Positions 36,002 through 47,727 of a stretch of DNA of 64,000 nucleotides are shown piece after piece (the first letter of the stretch is position 1; the number at the start of each line of letters is the position of its first letter). The stretch is from NCBI GenBank assembly GCA_030704615.1, contig CM060733.1, positions 18,352,001 to 18,416,000 on the forward strand. Direction: 5' to 3'. Position numbers and translations under genes: made by a program. Source of the stretch: Takakia lepidozioides (taxonomy: Eukaryota; Plantae; Bryophyta). The notes below the pieces were generated by a model. It ran no database searches, was not told the DNA's origin, and saw only the letters and a list, made by a program, of their open reading frames with translations.

Positions 36002-39000
36002 ATGTGTGATCCTAGTGGACTATCCAACAGGGAAAGTCCACTAAAGAAGATAAAATCTAAAATCCAGTCACAGCGGATACAGCCAATAGAAAACCAGAGA
36101 AAGGATCAAGAAAATGGAGGGAAATTGAGCGCAAGAGGCGGCGTCGTTCTGAGTAACGGGCGTCTCGACAGGACAGACCATCAATGCTATAACTTGGAAA
36201 CTATGGAGGAACTAACAGACTATACGCTCGCAATATTACTTACGCAGTGGCATAGACACGAAAGGACAGAGCGGAGCTTTTCTCTTGAGCGATGCTTGCA
36301 AGCCCCGCAGGCTTACAAGAAATTACCCATAGCTTTCTGCGGCAACCATACGTTTATGCTTTGTGCACTACAGGCATTCCTGCAGTTGTTACAGCCAAAA
36401 CAGTTCTGTGAGTCTAAAATGAAGAGAGTGAGAGGAATGGAGGAAATCAGGGTGAAGAGCACCACAATTCTGCAGAAACAAACGATTGCTACCCCACAGG
36501 CGATACAGATACTGGAGGAGCTGAGATTGCAAGGATTGCAAAGCCTAGATTGGACACTACACCATAGACAGTACATGTTACAATTTTTGCAGAACTTTGA
36601 GCCAAGGACAGGAACAACAACGGTGAAGGGAGTTGAATTAATGATTACTCCCCTATACCTCCAGCAATTGTTTCGATTGCCAGCAGGTCAGGTGCATGTG
36701 GAGGAACACAGGGCAAGACTGCAAATAGAGGACTTATTCCAAGAAGGGAGTTTCTTTAAAACTCAGGGTTATGCTTGTACCAAGGCTGTGTACCCAGGGT
36801 TAAAAGAGGTAGGCCAGGTATTGAACGTTCTGATTGCCATGAAACAGAACCAACAGTATTTGAGCAGATCCTTCACGGAGGAAATACTCAAAGGCCTGAA
36901 GGGACAAGAGGTACAATGGGCGGACATAATGTACAACGCACTGGTAGAGGAGATGAAAAGATTACAAGGTACTACCGCAAAGTCTCCTATCATAGTGTCT
37001 GGCCCAATCATTGCTCAAATAATCCTTGATTCTGGCATACTTAATGCGCAAGAAAGAAAGGAAATGGGAGTGTTTGAGCCAGAAACAACTGCAATGGAAG
37101 AGCAAGGCTCTTCACACAGTGAGGGTGGACTAGCAGGGCAACCCGAGACTAAGAGGCAGAGACGGGGAAAGACTGTAGTGGCGGATCCACTGGCTTCACG
37201 GATTCCGCATGATAATGTTTCCCAAGCTCATGGCCAGGAAGGGGCACAGCAGCACAGAGAAATGCTATTACTGGAAGCAGGACCTTCAGAGAGGGAGGAG
37301 GAAGTTACTTCTGCATCACAACCATCACAGCCACCTGAACGACTTGTCACAAGGTCACAAGTTATCCATGCAGCTCAACCAGAAATAATTGATTTGGAAA
37401 GTGAAGGGTTAGATATTCCAACTACAGAACAGATAGTGGCAGAAATAGAGAAGGGGGACCTTCTCTATGAATATTCTGGTCTGGTCAAGGAGACAGAAAT
37501 CCCAGAGGTGCAACAGTTGCCCAAGGGAAATCCTGAGGTGCATATAATACACACACCTGTGTCGGAGGTACCACAGGCGGAAGGTCATGACACTGTAGCA
37601 CCGGTGATAGATGAAGTAGTTCAGGAAGAAAATCCGGTGGGACAATGGCCTGAATGGTTAGTGAGACATCACACTGTTGAAGATCAGGAGGAACAGCAGC
37701 AACCTCACCATGATGACCCTCAACAGGCAATGCTGATGAGTTCCATAGGCAGGACACTTAATTTGTTGGGGACTTATGTCAAATCCCATGTTCCAATTAC
37801 CCAATTGACAGCCTTGAGAGAGGAACTCAGGAAGGAGTTTGAGGCTCGACTTGCCACTGAGTGTGCAAACAAGGTCGATGAAGAGGTCACTCTCAAGATG
37901 AAGCAGGACTTGGGAAATACAGAAATGGCTTTGCAATTGGCCAAGGAACAATTGATTGAGGCAGGCCTCGCGCAAGACCAGTTGCACGAAGCACATAAGC
38001 AACAGCTATACCAAATGCAGGTGCAGCATGAAAGCAAGTTGCAAGAACTGAATGCACTACATACGGAGTTGCAGACAGTGCATAACAGGATGGCGATACA
38101 ATGTGCTACATTTACAACTATGCTTGACCAATCTACAAAAGAAATAAACAGTCAAGCGGAAAAATGTACGAAGGCAGAAGAAGAGAATGTTGAGCAAATG
38201 AAGCTCATTGTCGATATGAAGAATACAATCTGTCGCAATGAAGATACTTTCAAGCAATACAGGCAGATTGAAGCTGATCAAGAGAAGCACATCGTGGAGT
38301 TGCAACAAACCATCATGGCCAATAGAAATGAAATCGCGGTCAATAACAAGGCTTGGAAGGAAGCCAATAATCTACTTGCTGCTTATGCGCAATTGGTTGA
38401 ACCTCAGGCGAAGCGCATGGAGGCTTTACAACAGCAGTTGGAATTGTACAAGCTAAGAGAGGAGCAAACTCTCAGGGGAACCACAAGCAACTTGGTGGAT
38501 AACAGCCTTATGCAGGTCTGGTTAGCACAAGGGCCAGTAGAGGGCAAAGCACCACGGAAGCTCACCCAAAGCGAGATGAATGAGCTCAGGCTGCAGGTGC
38601 AGAACATTGCCACAACTACTATAGACAATGTCTATAGTAGGATAGCAGAGTTACAAGAGGATGTAGACGGACTCCAGACTCAAGTGGAAGACCTCACTTC
38701 AAACATCGACCAAAGAGTCTATATCCCTCAGGAACAGCTAATGGCTTCTTATTTACAAGCCAGAACTTTGGCTTTTCAGTCTTCACAGGAGGTGCAGGAG
38801 ATGCCAATGATACAAGAGCCAGTACCACCACCACCACAACAAGTCACTGTACCAGTAGCTGAACCTGTGGTTACTACAACCACACCACAGCCACCACAGC
38901 CGGAGGTATGGGGCAATGCCGCTTTTAACCCACCTAAAACTCCAGCTGCAAGGGAGTACAGTAGGGCTATGATTATGCCCTTCAACCAAATTCCCATCAT

Positions 39001-39976
39001 GTTGGATTTGGCTTGGAAAGAATTTAGTCCTCCGCAGTCATTCGCACATTACTACCAAATCATGCGTATTTGGCTGCCAGTGGCAACTAGGACTAAAGTT
39101 CTTCCGAACAATCGACATATTGAAGATCATCACTTTGCACAATACTGGCACGAGGCAGGTACCATGTTGAGGGAATTGATTGCTTTCCAGGTTGTACATG
39201 GACTCATTTATACCAAGACCAAGGAGATAGCAAGTATTGTCATGGGGTGCGGGTTATACTACGCTGCTTGTTTTCTGGTACGTTACCACATTGAGCAACA
39301 AAAGATGCAAACACGCTTTCTGAGTTATTCCAGTGGAGATCATTGGGTATTACCTTCGGTGCCACCTCATATGTACCTATATGACCCAAAAGTTATGATG
39401 CAAAAGGATTCTCAAATTCGTTCATGGTTTCAAGCGGCCTGGAACCATTTGTCAACACAGAAATTCGGCATTGATGACATTTTCTATAAGGGACATGTGG
39501 CATGGAAGTACTTGCACGCTGCACCAGTAATTGGTACCCCACTCACCTGGACAGACAAGGAGCTCAGTGTCTACACCAATTTTGCTGTTCAGCGGTTACA
39601 CCAAGTTGTAAAATACAAACTTCCAGACATGGTAGGACAGCATTGTATGCCCCAGATGATTCCACAAAAAGTTCGAAAATTAAAACACCTGAGAGGCGAT
39701 GAGGATTCTGATACAACTGTTTCTTCACCGAATTCTTTTGACATGGGAGAAGACTATGCAATTCAGATGGCAGAGAAGAAGCGACGGGGGTCTCCTATGC
39801 CGGAAAGTTACCTCGATATCAGCCTCCAGAGGGCCTCACTTATCCAGGTAGTGATCAACCATCTCCGTCAACCAGAGACAGACCTCGGGCTCGTACACAC
39901 AGTCCGCCACGAAACTCTCAACGTCAAGAAGGTGCTCACTCACAAAGGTTTGCTAGTCGAAATCAGTAAACCGTGA
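36002..39976 (+). CDS. Extra 3' ORF of the retrotransposon (Athila ORF2-like N-terminus, long coiled coil); function unknown
   Basis: Uninterrupted 1324-codon ORF between pol and PPT; likely start ATG at 36203. Confidence 0.8.
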   Translation: MCDPSGLSNRESPLKKIKSKIQSQRIQPIENQRKDQENGGKLSARGGVVLSNGRLDRTDHQCYNLETMEELTDYTLAILLTQWHRHERTERSFSLERCLQAPQAYKKLPIAFCGNHTFMLCALQAFLQLLQPKQFCESKMKRVRGMEEIRVKSTTILQKQTIATPQAIQILEELRLQGLQSLDWTLHHRQYMLQFLQNFEPRTGTTTVKGVELMITPLYLQQLFRLPAGQVHVEEHRARLQIEDLFQEGSFFKTQGYACTKAVYPGLKEVGQVLNVLIAMKQNQQYLSRSFTEEILKGLKGQEVQWADIMYNALVEEMKRLQGTTAKSPIIVSGPIIAQIILDSGILNAQERKEMGVFEPETTAMEEQGSSHSEGGLAGQPETKRQRRGKTVVADPLASRIPHDNVSQAHGQEGAQQHREMLLLEAGPSEREEEVTSASQPSQPPERLVTRSQVIHAAQPEIIDLESEGLDIPTTEQIVAEIEKGDLLYEYSGLVKETEIPEVQQLPKGNPEVHIIHTPVSEVPQAEGHDTVAPVIDEVVQEENPVGQWPEWLVRHHTVEDQEEQQQPHHDDPQQAMLMSSIGRTLNLLGTYVKSHVPITQLTALREELRKEFEARLATECANKVDEEVTLKMKQDLGNTEMALQLAKEQLIEAGLAQDQLHEAHKQQLYQMQVQHESKLQELNALHTELQTVHNRMAIQCATFTTMLDQSTKEINSQAEKCTKAEEENVEQMKLIVDMKNTICRNEDTFKQYRQIEADQEKHIVELQQTIMANRNEIAVNNKAWKEANNLLAAYAQLVEPQAKRMEALQQQLELYKLREEQTLRGTTSNLVDNSLMQVWLAQGPVEGKAPRKLTQSEMNELRLQVQNIATTTIDNVYSRIAELQEDVDGLQTQVEDLTSNIDQRVYIPQEQLMASYLQARTLAFQSSQEVQEMPMIQEPVPPPPQQVTVPVAEPVVTTTTPQPPQPEVWGNAAFNPPKTPAAREYSRAMIMPFNQIPIMLDLAWKEFSPPQSFAHYYQIMRIWLPVATRTKVLPNNRHIEDHHFAQYWHEAGTMLRELIAFQVVHGLIYTKTKEIASIVMGCGLYYAACFLVRYHIEQQKMQTRFLSYSSGDHWVLPSVPPHMYLYDPKVMMQKDSQIRSWFQAAWNHLSTQKFGIDDIFYKGHVAWKYLHAAPVIGTPLTWTDKELSVYTNFAVQRLHQVVKYKLPDMVGQHCMPQMIPQKVRKLKHLRGDEDSDTTVSSPNSFDMGEDYAIQMAEKKRRGSPMPESYLDISLQRASLIQVVINHLRQPETDLGLVHTVRHETLNVKKVLTHKGLLVEISKP

Positions 39977-40006
39977 GGACACGGCTTTTTGAGGGGGAAG
40001 GGGTAA

Positions 40007-41001
40007 TGTTAGAGGACTGTCGGGGACTTAGACACTTATACGGGATCTGTAGGGTACCCTTAATTTTTGCACAGACTGAGACCAACAGGAGCCTTAGGGG
40101 TGACAGCAGCGCACTGTAGAGGGGGTTACACAGCCCGTCACAGTCGTCACAGTCGTCACAGCCGACACAGCCAAACAGCCCGTCACAGTCGTCACAGCCA
40201 GACACAGTCACAGCCAACCAGCCCGTCACAGTCGTCACAGCACACAGCCAACACAGCCGACACAGCCCAGCCACGCACACAGCCAGTCACAGCCCGACAC
40301 AGCCAAACACAGTCGCACAGCCAGTCACAGCCCGTCACAGTTTCACACAGCCAGTCACAGCTTGACACAGCTGTCACGATCATAGGGAACGAAGAGTAGG
40401 ACAGGGAACGACTGTGGGGAACAACACCTGCGAAGGGAACATGTTAGTTCACAGACGACGGTTAGTGAGGGAAACGGTTAGAACCGCGGATAGGAAGATA
40501 AAGGGAGAAACGGGGAATTGAGGGAAATCATTCGGAGGAGGACTTCTTGGTGATAGAGGAGAGGGGATCGGGCAGAGATGAAGAACGGAAGTGAAGATAG
40601 AGAGATGATGAGTAGATGCTTGATATATGCAAGGCTGTAATGATATTGTAGAGCAGATTAGAGACACAATGGCTTCGGCCTGATACCTGATAAATCATAA
40701 TCGGATACTTTTACGATACAATCACACTGTGTAGAGAGATCTGAGTGAAGCTGTGAAATGAATGGATGAGTTGATGGAATCCAATAGATTGATAAAGCAA
40801 ACTGATACTTAATTATCAATGGTAAGATAGCTAACATGAATACCAAAAGGAAAACAAATAGGAAACACCCCCATGATACACTAGCTGTAGGTCATGACTG
40901 ATTGTTCTCGCGGGGCTGAGTACTTAGAGATTTCCAACTCTTCTATCTTGGAGTTTCCGCCTCGAATAGCGAAGGGATGGGTGAGTAAAAGCCGCGCGAC
41001 A
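40007..41001 (+). repeat. 3' LTR
   Basis: Follows GAGGGGGAAGGGG-TAA; ends GCGCGACA, then the TSD. Confidence 0.95.
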
Positions 41002-43499
41002 GACCGCCCTGTCAAACAGGCTAAGTCCTGGGAGAAGAGAGTAGAAGAGATTCTCAAGGACCTGGACCTGATCCGCAATAATTGTCTTTACCTGCTGGAT
41101 AAATCCGACTTAGAGGCTATAGTTCAAAGCCATGTCTTTGGCCCATGAAGATTGTCTGATGAAAATGAAGTTTAAGGCAGAAAACTTCCATGTAACTTGT
41201 TTCCATCAGTGACATGGGGAGGAAATCTTGGATGACCTCAAGGGTCCACCCTCTCTCGGCACGACTTAAACTTAAACTCAGGGCAGGAATCCTACCTTTG
41301 AACACAATTAGTAGGCAAGAGGAAAAGAGAGTGCACTTCCCATGTGTGGGCAATCTGAAGACAATATTCATTTTCCTATACAATACAACACTGTCCGGGT
41401 TCTCTCTCACAAAGGACGGTCCCTCTTTCAAATCTAATCAAGGGGAATTGTGCCTGTACCCTGTTTACCAAACGTTGAAATCTCAGCTGAGCCAAAGCCA
41501 GGCCCTTCTTAGGCCTAGTTTTTGGGCAAATCACACACAACCGATTTGATGCTTGTGTGAAGGGTTTCTAGATGATATCTGAAAACCCGGATTAATTCTC
41601 TATATGAAGGCAAGTCTTACTACCATGTCAGCCCTGAAGAGTAGGTTCGTCTGTCCCTTTTTCTTCCGCTCAACTGGGCGCGGGGTGAATGGCCACAGGC
41701 TAATACCGCAAAACTAACGTCTTATGATACCTCGTTTCTTGTTTGGTGTCTTTCTTGCTGCCACCTCGCATAACTTGCAAAGTCATCCAACCACCACAGA
41801 TCATCCCAATGAGTAATAGTGATAATGAAGGGCAAAACATGGCTGAAATAGGTCGAAGAGAGGTGCCCTCACCACAAATGTGTTGAAGAAGGTACCTTCA
41901 TCAGTATTGCCTTGCTCTTTCAATTGCGCTGCTGCCGCTGCTGTTTCCATTGCACCATCTACCACAGGCAGATTTCTTGTAGCTATTAATCCACGTGAAT
42001 CAGACTTAATCTTGTGTGTGAAATCCGGCCCTCTTGATGAAATCCTGGACCTCTATCCCTACATCTCAGCTATCATCCGACCTGTGTACAAATCATGAAT
42101 ACATCCTCAGCTTGCTGCTAGCAGCTCACACAATCCACAACTCACGGCGTGAAGTTTTTTTTTCATGCAAACACCTCACCTACTTATTACAGTAGTTTCC
42201 AACTTTTGATTGCCTGTCAGAAAAGGTTCATTCAAGCTATCTTCATCTCTGTTATCTCGTTTTTTGGATACTTCCTGCTGCCACAAATCGGCAGTACTAC
42301 AAAGTCACTCCAAACCACCACGAATCCCCCAACTAGCTAACTTACAAAATTCATATGCAATTTAGGCTAGTCTTCTGATGAGATGGGGCAAAACGGCTGA
42401 AATAGGTCCCCGAATCAAAAGGTGCCTCACCATCATGTCCGCGATATTCTGTCATGCACCCCCGGAGGACTTGACTAACCATCAACCCAATAGGGCCTCT
42501 TATGTTGTGCTGCCTTGTGTCTATAATCAGGTAACGACGGATTGGTCAGTGAGAACCACCAACGGTGACGCTGAGCGGGCAGAGATTGAAACGCACTTGC
42601 TAAGACCATTTGTCTCTCTCTCCCACGAACCTTGTAAACATCTGGAAAAATACCAAATCAGGTACTTAACATGAGGCAAGAGCCCCCCGCAATAGCAGGA
42701 TGGAAAAATTTCTTCATAACGTACTTAAGAAACGCCCACCTTGCGATTGCAGTTGTCCCACCATTGTCAATCTTCTAAAAACTCTGCCAGGGTCTGCTTC
42801 AGTGCTGCAAATTCAGGGCCGACTCTGATGAGAGGGCAAGACAGGCTGAAATAGTCGAAGAGAGGTTGCCCTCACCACATTGTCCCTTGACCTTGTGTGA
42901 TGACCCATGAGGATTTGCCCTCCCATCAACCCAAAAAGATCGCTTCGGTTTGCTGCTGTTGTTTGTAAGTCAGGTAATGTCGGATTGTCTTGAGAAACCC
43001 CACAAATGGCCCTACAAGACCAAGCTCCCCTCCCTCTCCCTAAACCTTGTAAACACCATCAGGAAGAATACCATGCCCGGTGAGAGTAGGGGAGGTGAGA
43101 GGTAGGGAAAAGAGAAACCCCACTGAAGGGAAGGCGAACGCGGGGAGGAGTGGAGAGGATATGAGAGGAGGAGAGGGAAAAGAAGAAAGCCACGGGAGGA
43201 AAGGGGGAAAACATGGAGAGCCAAAAAAAACCCAACAAACAAAGGATGATCCCGCGATTTGGTTCTACCACTACCCTACCCCTTAAAACTCAACAACCCC
43301 CTCCTGTAAAATTACATTTAAGGTGTTTAAACCCCCCTCTGGATGTGACTTAATGTTGTACAAGGGGGGGTTTAAAATACACCCTCCTGTGCACGCACGT
43401 GGCTGGTACATTTAATGAGGAGTGCACCCCCCAGGCCCAAGGCTGCTAGGCTCGCATATGCATATTACAAACACAAATGAACATGTCTTGGTCTGGCTT

Positions 43500-43700
43500 C
43501 ATCCCTTCCACATCATTTGCTCTTAGGTTTCCAAAGAATCCCATACCCATGCTGCACATACCTTGCAATCATGGCACTCCAAAACACCACATCTCGTTCA
43601 GCCATATTGTAAACTCTCCTTCGATCAGGCTTGTTGCACCCAACATTTGGCCATACATGTCCACCAAGGCAGAGTTCATAATGACAACTGGCTGCCACTC
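43500..43700 (-). pseudogene. PPR fragment
   Basis: YNMAERDVVFWSAMIARYVQHG. Confidence 0.75.
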
Positions 43701-43999
43701 TCTTGGCAGGAATATCTAAAGGAGCAGGGATGGAACGTGGGTTCAGATTCATGCAAGAGGGCGTTCAGCTTCCTATACCTTCCACGATCAGATCATATCG
43801 TCAACCTACGTTTGAAACTATGGATCAGTTCAGCTCGACTTCATACCATACTAATAAAACTAAGCACTCCACACTACTTTCTAGTACATATCGACACCCT
43901 ACCTTTGGATAATGTGAGTGTGCACTTGATTCCAGCTTCCAGACCTTTCGTCTCGAAGCACTTAAGCAGGCAACAGACATACGTATCAGAATCTAATGA

Positions 44000-44640
44000 A
44001 ATGCCTCATTGGTTTAAAGTCTGTAGAGCCTCTGTCAGTCTGCCTGCCTCACAAAGCATCTTCACATGCCCAGCAGAAGAGGCATTGTGGACTCCCTCTC
44101 TTGATCCTCTTTCAGAAGTTGTGGTCATGGTTGAGGTGCCTGGTTTTATGAACTGTGGCACTGCAGCTGCAACCTTTAGTTGACCATCTACCATGCAGGT
44201 TTCTTGTAGCAATTGATGCAAAGGGAATTAAATCTGGTACAATCCCAGCGTTGTCGATGAAACCATCCACCTCTTTGCCCTTTTCCAAGGCTTCCGCTTG
44301 CACACACATACACAAACGCACACAAACCTGATGTCGGTAGGGATGCACCCTTCCCCAATCATTTGCTCATAGGTCTCCAAAGCCTCCATCCCGTCCCCCT
44401 GATGTGCATACCCTGCAAGAATGGCGTTCCACGACACCACATCTCGTTCAGCCAGAGTGTGGAAAACTCCTTCGCATCCTGGAATGCACCCACATTTGAC
44501 AAACAGGTCCACCAGGGCAGTGTTCAGGATGACATCTGGTAGATAGAATTCAGCTTTGACAAGTCACCATGGACCTCTTTCCCCTTTCCCAGAGCTCCCA
44601 GGCTTGCACACGCATTGCAAACAAAAAACAAATGTGATGT
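44000..44640 (-). pseudogene. PLS-class PPR fragment
   Basis: DLFVKCG...VFHTLAERDVVSWNAILAGYAHQGDGMEALETYEQM; LCEAGRLTEAL. Confidence 0.85.
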
Positions 44641-44649
44641 GGTTGGGCT

Positions 44650-45425
44650 AGGCCACTGGGCACAGCCTGTCACAGCCCCAAAGGCCACCGGCACAGCCCA
44701 TATAGCCCATCACAGCCCCCAAGGCCACCACGCAGCCGTCACAGGCCCTCACAGCCTGTCACACCCCCGAAGTCCACCGGCACAGGCCCTCACAGGCCCT
44801 CACAGCCCCGAAGGCCACCAGCGCAGCCCGGCCAGCCCGTCACAGCCCTGAAGGCCACCGGCGCAGCCCGACACAGCCACCCAAAGGCCTCAGGCACGGC
44901 CTAACACAGCCCCTCACAGCCCCTCTAAGACCCAAAGGGCCATGGGCACAGCCTGTCACAAGCCCCCTCACAGCCAGCAAAGCCCCATAGGCCACTGGGC
45001 CAAACAGCTTGTCACAGCCACGCACAGCCCCAAAGGCCTCAGGCACGGCCTGTCACAGGCCCTAAAAGCCACGGGCATAGCCTGTCATAGCCCCAAAAGG
45101 CCACCGGCACAACCCCTCACAGCCCATCCACACAAGCCCCCAAGGCCACCGGCGCAACCCGTCACAGGCCCTCACAGCCCGTCACAACCCCGAAGGCCAC
45201 AGGCACAGGCCTCACAAGCCCTCACAGCAACCGAAGGCCACCGGCGCAGCCCGTCACAGCCAGTCACAGCTCTGAAGGCCAACGGCACAGCCTCACAGCC
45301 CCCAAAGGCCTCAGGCACGGCCTGACACCCGCCCTCACAACCCCAAAGGCCTCAGGCACGGCCTTTTTGTCACAGCTGTCACAGCGGCACAGCCCCAAAG
45401 GCCACAGGGACAGCCCGTAACAGCC
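44650..45425. repeat. CACAGCC-based minisatellite in the G3 leader (right part)
   Basis: Same units as 20530-21118. Confidence 0.9.
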
Positions 45426-46910
45426 CCATCCATGGCCGCTCTCGCAGTTTAGCCATTTCTCCAAGGGGTTTACCACGCCAGCTAGGGTTTGTGTCTCTTG
45501 GACTCTAGGCTTCTTTCCACCGAAGCTATGGCGGCTGTAGGAAATCAGCAAGGTCACTTAGCCTCCCAAACACCGCCACTAAACTCAATGGCAAACAACC
45601 AAGCCCTGCTGGTCCCAGCCCTTGAGCACTCATTCAAGCACTTTCCTTGGCCATAGCATCTGTCTTAGAGCCTATTCAGCCCCCTACACCTGCTGCTCAA
45701 GAGTTCGCTCCCTTCAAGCTTGAAGTTGAAACCCCAACTCACATAGGCACTACAAGTGCTTTTCTTTCACTCCAAGTGGAAACCAGCCCTAGACCTCGTT
45801 CTAGCTCTCTAAAGCTTGAAAACAAGAGCCTCAATGGGCTGGAAGGCATGTCACAACATGCCCTACTCTCACCATAGAAGAATCAGCTCCTTTGCTTCAT
45901 TTCTTGCACCCACAAACCTGAAAATACAAGCTTCAGCAGGCTGAAAGCATGCTCCACATGCCTACAGGGAAACCAGCCCCTTCCTTCCTTTCTTGGACTC
46001 CCCACACCTGAAAGTGCAAGCTTCACCAGGCGATAGCATGCTTCCACACATGCATTGCCCTCACATAAGGGAAGTCAGCCCTTCCCTCTTCCTTGCTTGC
46101 CCTCCAAGCTTGAAGATGGAAGCTTCAATGAGCTGAATACATGTCCACACATGCAACCTCTTCACACAAGAGATATCAGCCCCCTATTTTGGCTCCTTGG
46201 CTCCTTGATGCTCTCTAAGACAAGACTAAGCACTCCACAGCCTTTTGCCAAGCTCTTGAAACCCTAAGGCTTACATTTGATGCTCTCTAAGACAAGACTA
46301 ATCACTCCACAGCCTTTGGCCAAGCTCTTGAAGACTAAGGCTCACTTTCCAAGCTTTGTGGTGGCAAGAGCTCTTCTTCCAAGCTCTGAACCCTAGGTGC
46401 ACATTCCATGGCCTTGCCGCACCTCTTAGCTCCTGTTCCAGCCCTGCTCTTGCCATGACAAGAGCCCTCTCAATGCTGAAGCTCGAGATTGAAACCCAAT
46501 CTCACCATACTCCACAAAGTGCACTGATTTGCCCCAAGCCAAATCAGCCCTTTCGCTTGGTCTTGCAATCCTTCACACAATGAAAGCTCGCATTCCCAAG
46601 TCCAGTTCTCAGCTTTGCCACCAAAGCCACTATAACCTGCTCTTGACTAGTCCTCTTCCCAATCGTGCTTGCTCATGCATGTACACAATCTGAAACCATC
46701 AAGGTGCTCTGGAATTACTTGCAGCATGGTGCTTTCATCTTTGAAGCTGAAGATCGAATGCCAGGTCTACCACCTCGTAACCCACATCGCCTCCGCTTCT
46801 AACAACCAAGAGCTCCACGGTGCTCCTTGCATAACAACTTGGTTTCTCTCATTCTCAAGCAAAAACCACAAGTGCTACAACTAACTCGTATCTGGCACTC
46901 ACAGATACGA

Positions 46911-46926
46911 GCTCATCTTTCTCGAG
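46911..46926 (-). promoter_or_regulatory. G3 self-complementary primer-binding site
   Basis: Directly follows the ...TTTATCA end of repeat A; 16/16 reverse complement of 47079-47094. Confidence 0.8.
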
Positions 46927-47240
46927 TGATAAAGAAGAAGAATACAAGCACGAGCTCACAAATCTGAAGCATAAACTCATGCATATATAACCTCATCACT
47001 CAAATACAGTCAAGCCAAGTGCACCCCACCATGGGGAATCCACACTATGGCGCCATAGCTAGGCGCGGTGAGGCTCAACTCGAGAAAGATGAGCCTCCCG
47101 CGCTTGCCGTGAAGATAACCACTCCAGGGCCTAAATTTGCCTTGACCCCTGGATTGACACTTGGGCCAATCCCAAATGTCAATATGTAAAAGCTAGCTAT
47201 TTCCTAGCTAGTTTCACACTAGTGGTAAAATAACTTGACA
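46927..47240 (-). repeat. G3 repeat A (5' terminus, TGTCAAG...TATCA)
   Basis: Homologous to 7121-7438. Confidence 0.9.
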
Positions 47241-47713
47241 GCTCTCCTCAAGCCATGGCACACACCATTGACTCCATAATGCATAGAAATGATTCTCAAA
47301 CCCTAGAATCCATGCTTCCACACACACAAGACTTCCCTTTTGCAATCCTTGCAAATCTTGTGGCAAACAAGCTCCTTCTTGAGCTCCCCAACACCTTGGT
47401 ATAACACCACAAGTACCTTTCCTTGTAACCCTTGCAAGCCTTGTAATTCAAGAGCTAAATTCTCATTGCTCTCAATTCCTTGGTGCATGCAACTTCACCA
47501 AGCACCTTTCCTTGCAAACCTTGTGATCTACAAGAGCTCCATCTTTGAGCTCTCTACCTCCTTAGGGAAAGCAATATCTCTCAAAGCCCTAACACCACAA
47601 GGATTTTCCTTTGCAATATATGCAACACCTTGCAACACAAGAGCTATCTTCCCAAGCTCTTCAACACACAAGTGCTAAACTAACCCTTACACTCCGCACT
47701 CACAAGCATAAGG

Positions 47714-47727
47714 TCATCTTCTTGTAG
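47714..47727 (-). promoter_or_regulatory. G2 self-complementary primer-binding site
   Basis: 14/14 reverse complement of 47900-47913; abuts repeat A. Confidence 0.8.

Larger units (their letters stand above)
27625..41001 (+). mobile_element. Full-length non-chromovirus Ty3/Gypsy (Athila/Tat-like) with extra 3' ORF
   Basis: LTRs 27625-28701 and 40007-41001 (TG...CA), TSD GACCG at 27620-27624 and 41002-41006, PBS, PPT at about 39991-40003, gag-pol. Confidence 0.95.
13059..47240 (-). mobile_element. G3: DNMT-Gypsy copy (subfamily I) with A-internal-B termini, flanked by GCTC, carrying about 23.5 kb of nested DNA
   Basis: GCTC at 13055-13058 and 47241-47244. Removing the element restores a sequence colinear with 63678-63700. 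B at 13059-13234, A at 46927-47240. The leader minisatellite is split at about 21118/44650. Confidence 0.82.

Noticed and set aside
41007-41700. LINE ORF1-like remnant as host of the Athila-like insertion
   Set aside because: Only a faint FKGRIP...W resemblance in ORF 41117-41431; it cannot be supported without an HMM search.
44640-44652. Helitron 3' end (CTAG)
   Set aside because: No preceding GC-rich hairpin, no T after CTAG, and the AG overlaps the minisatellite unit.
13055-47244. Two different elements hitting one hotspot in the G2 leader
   Set aside because: The two junctions are the two ends of one insertion: shared GCTC, restored empty site, and matching subfamily I A and B.
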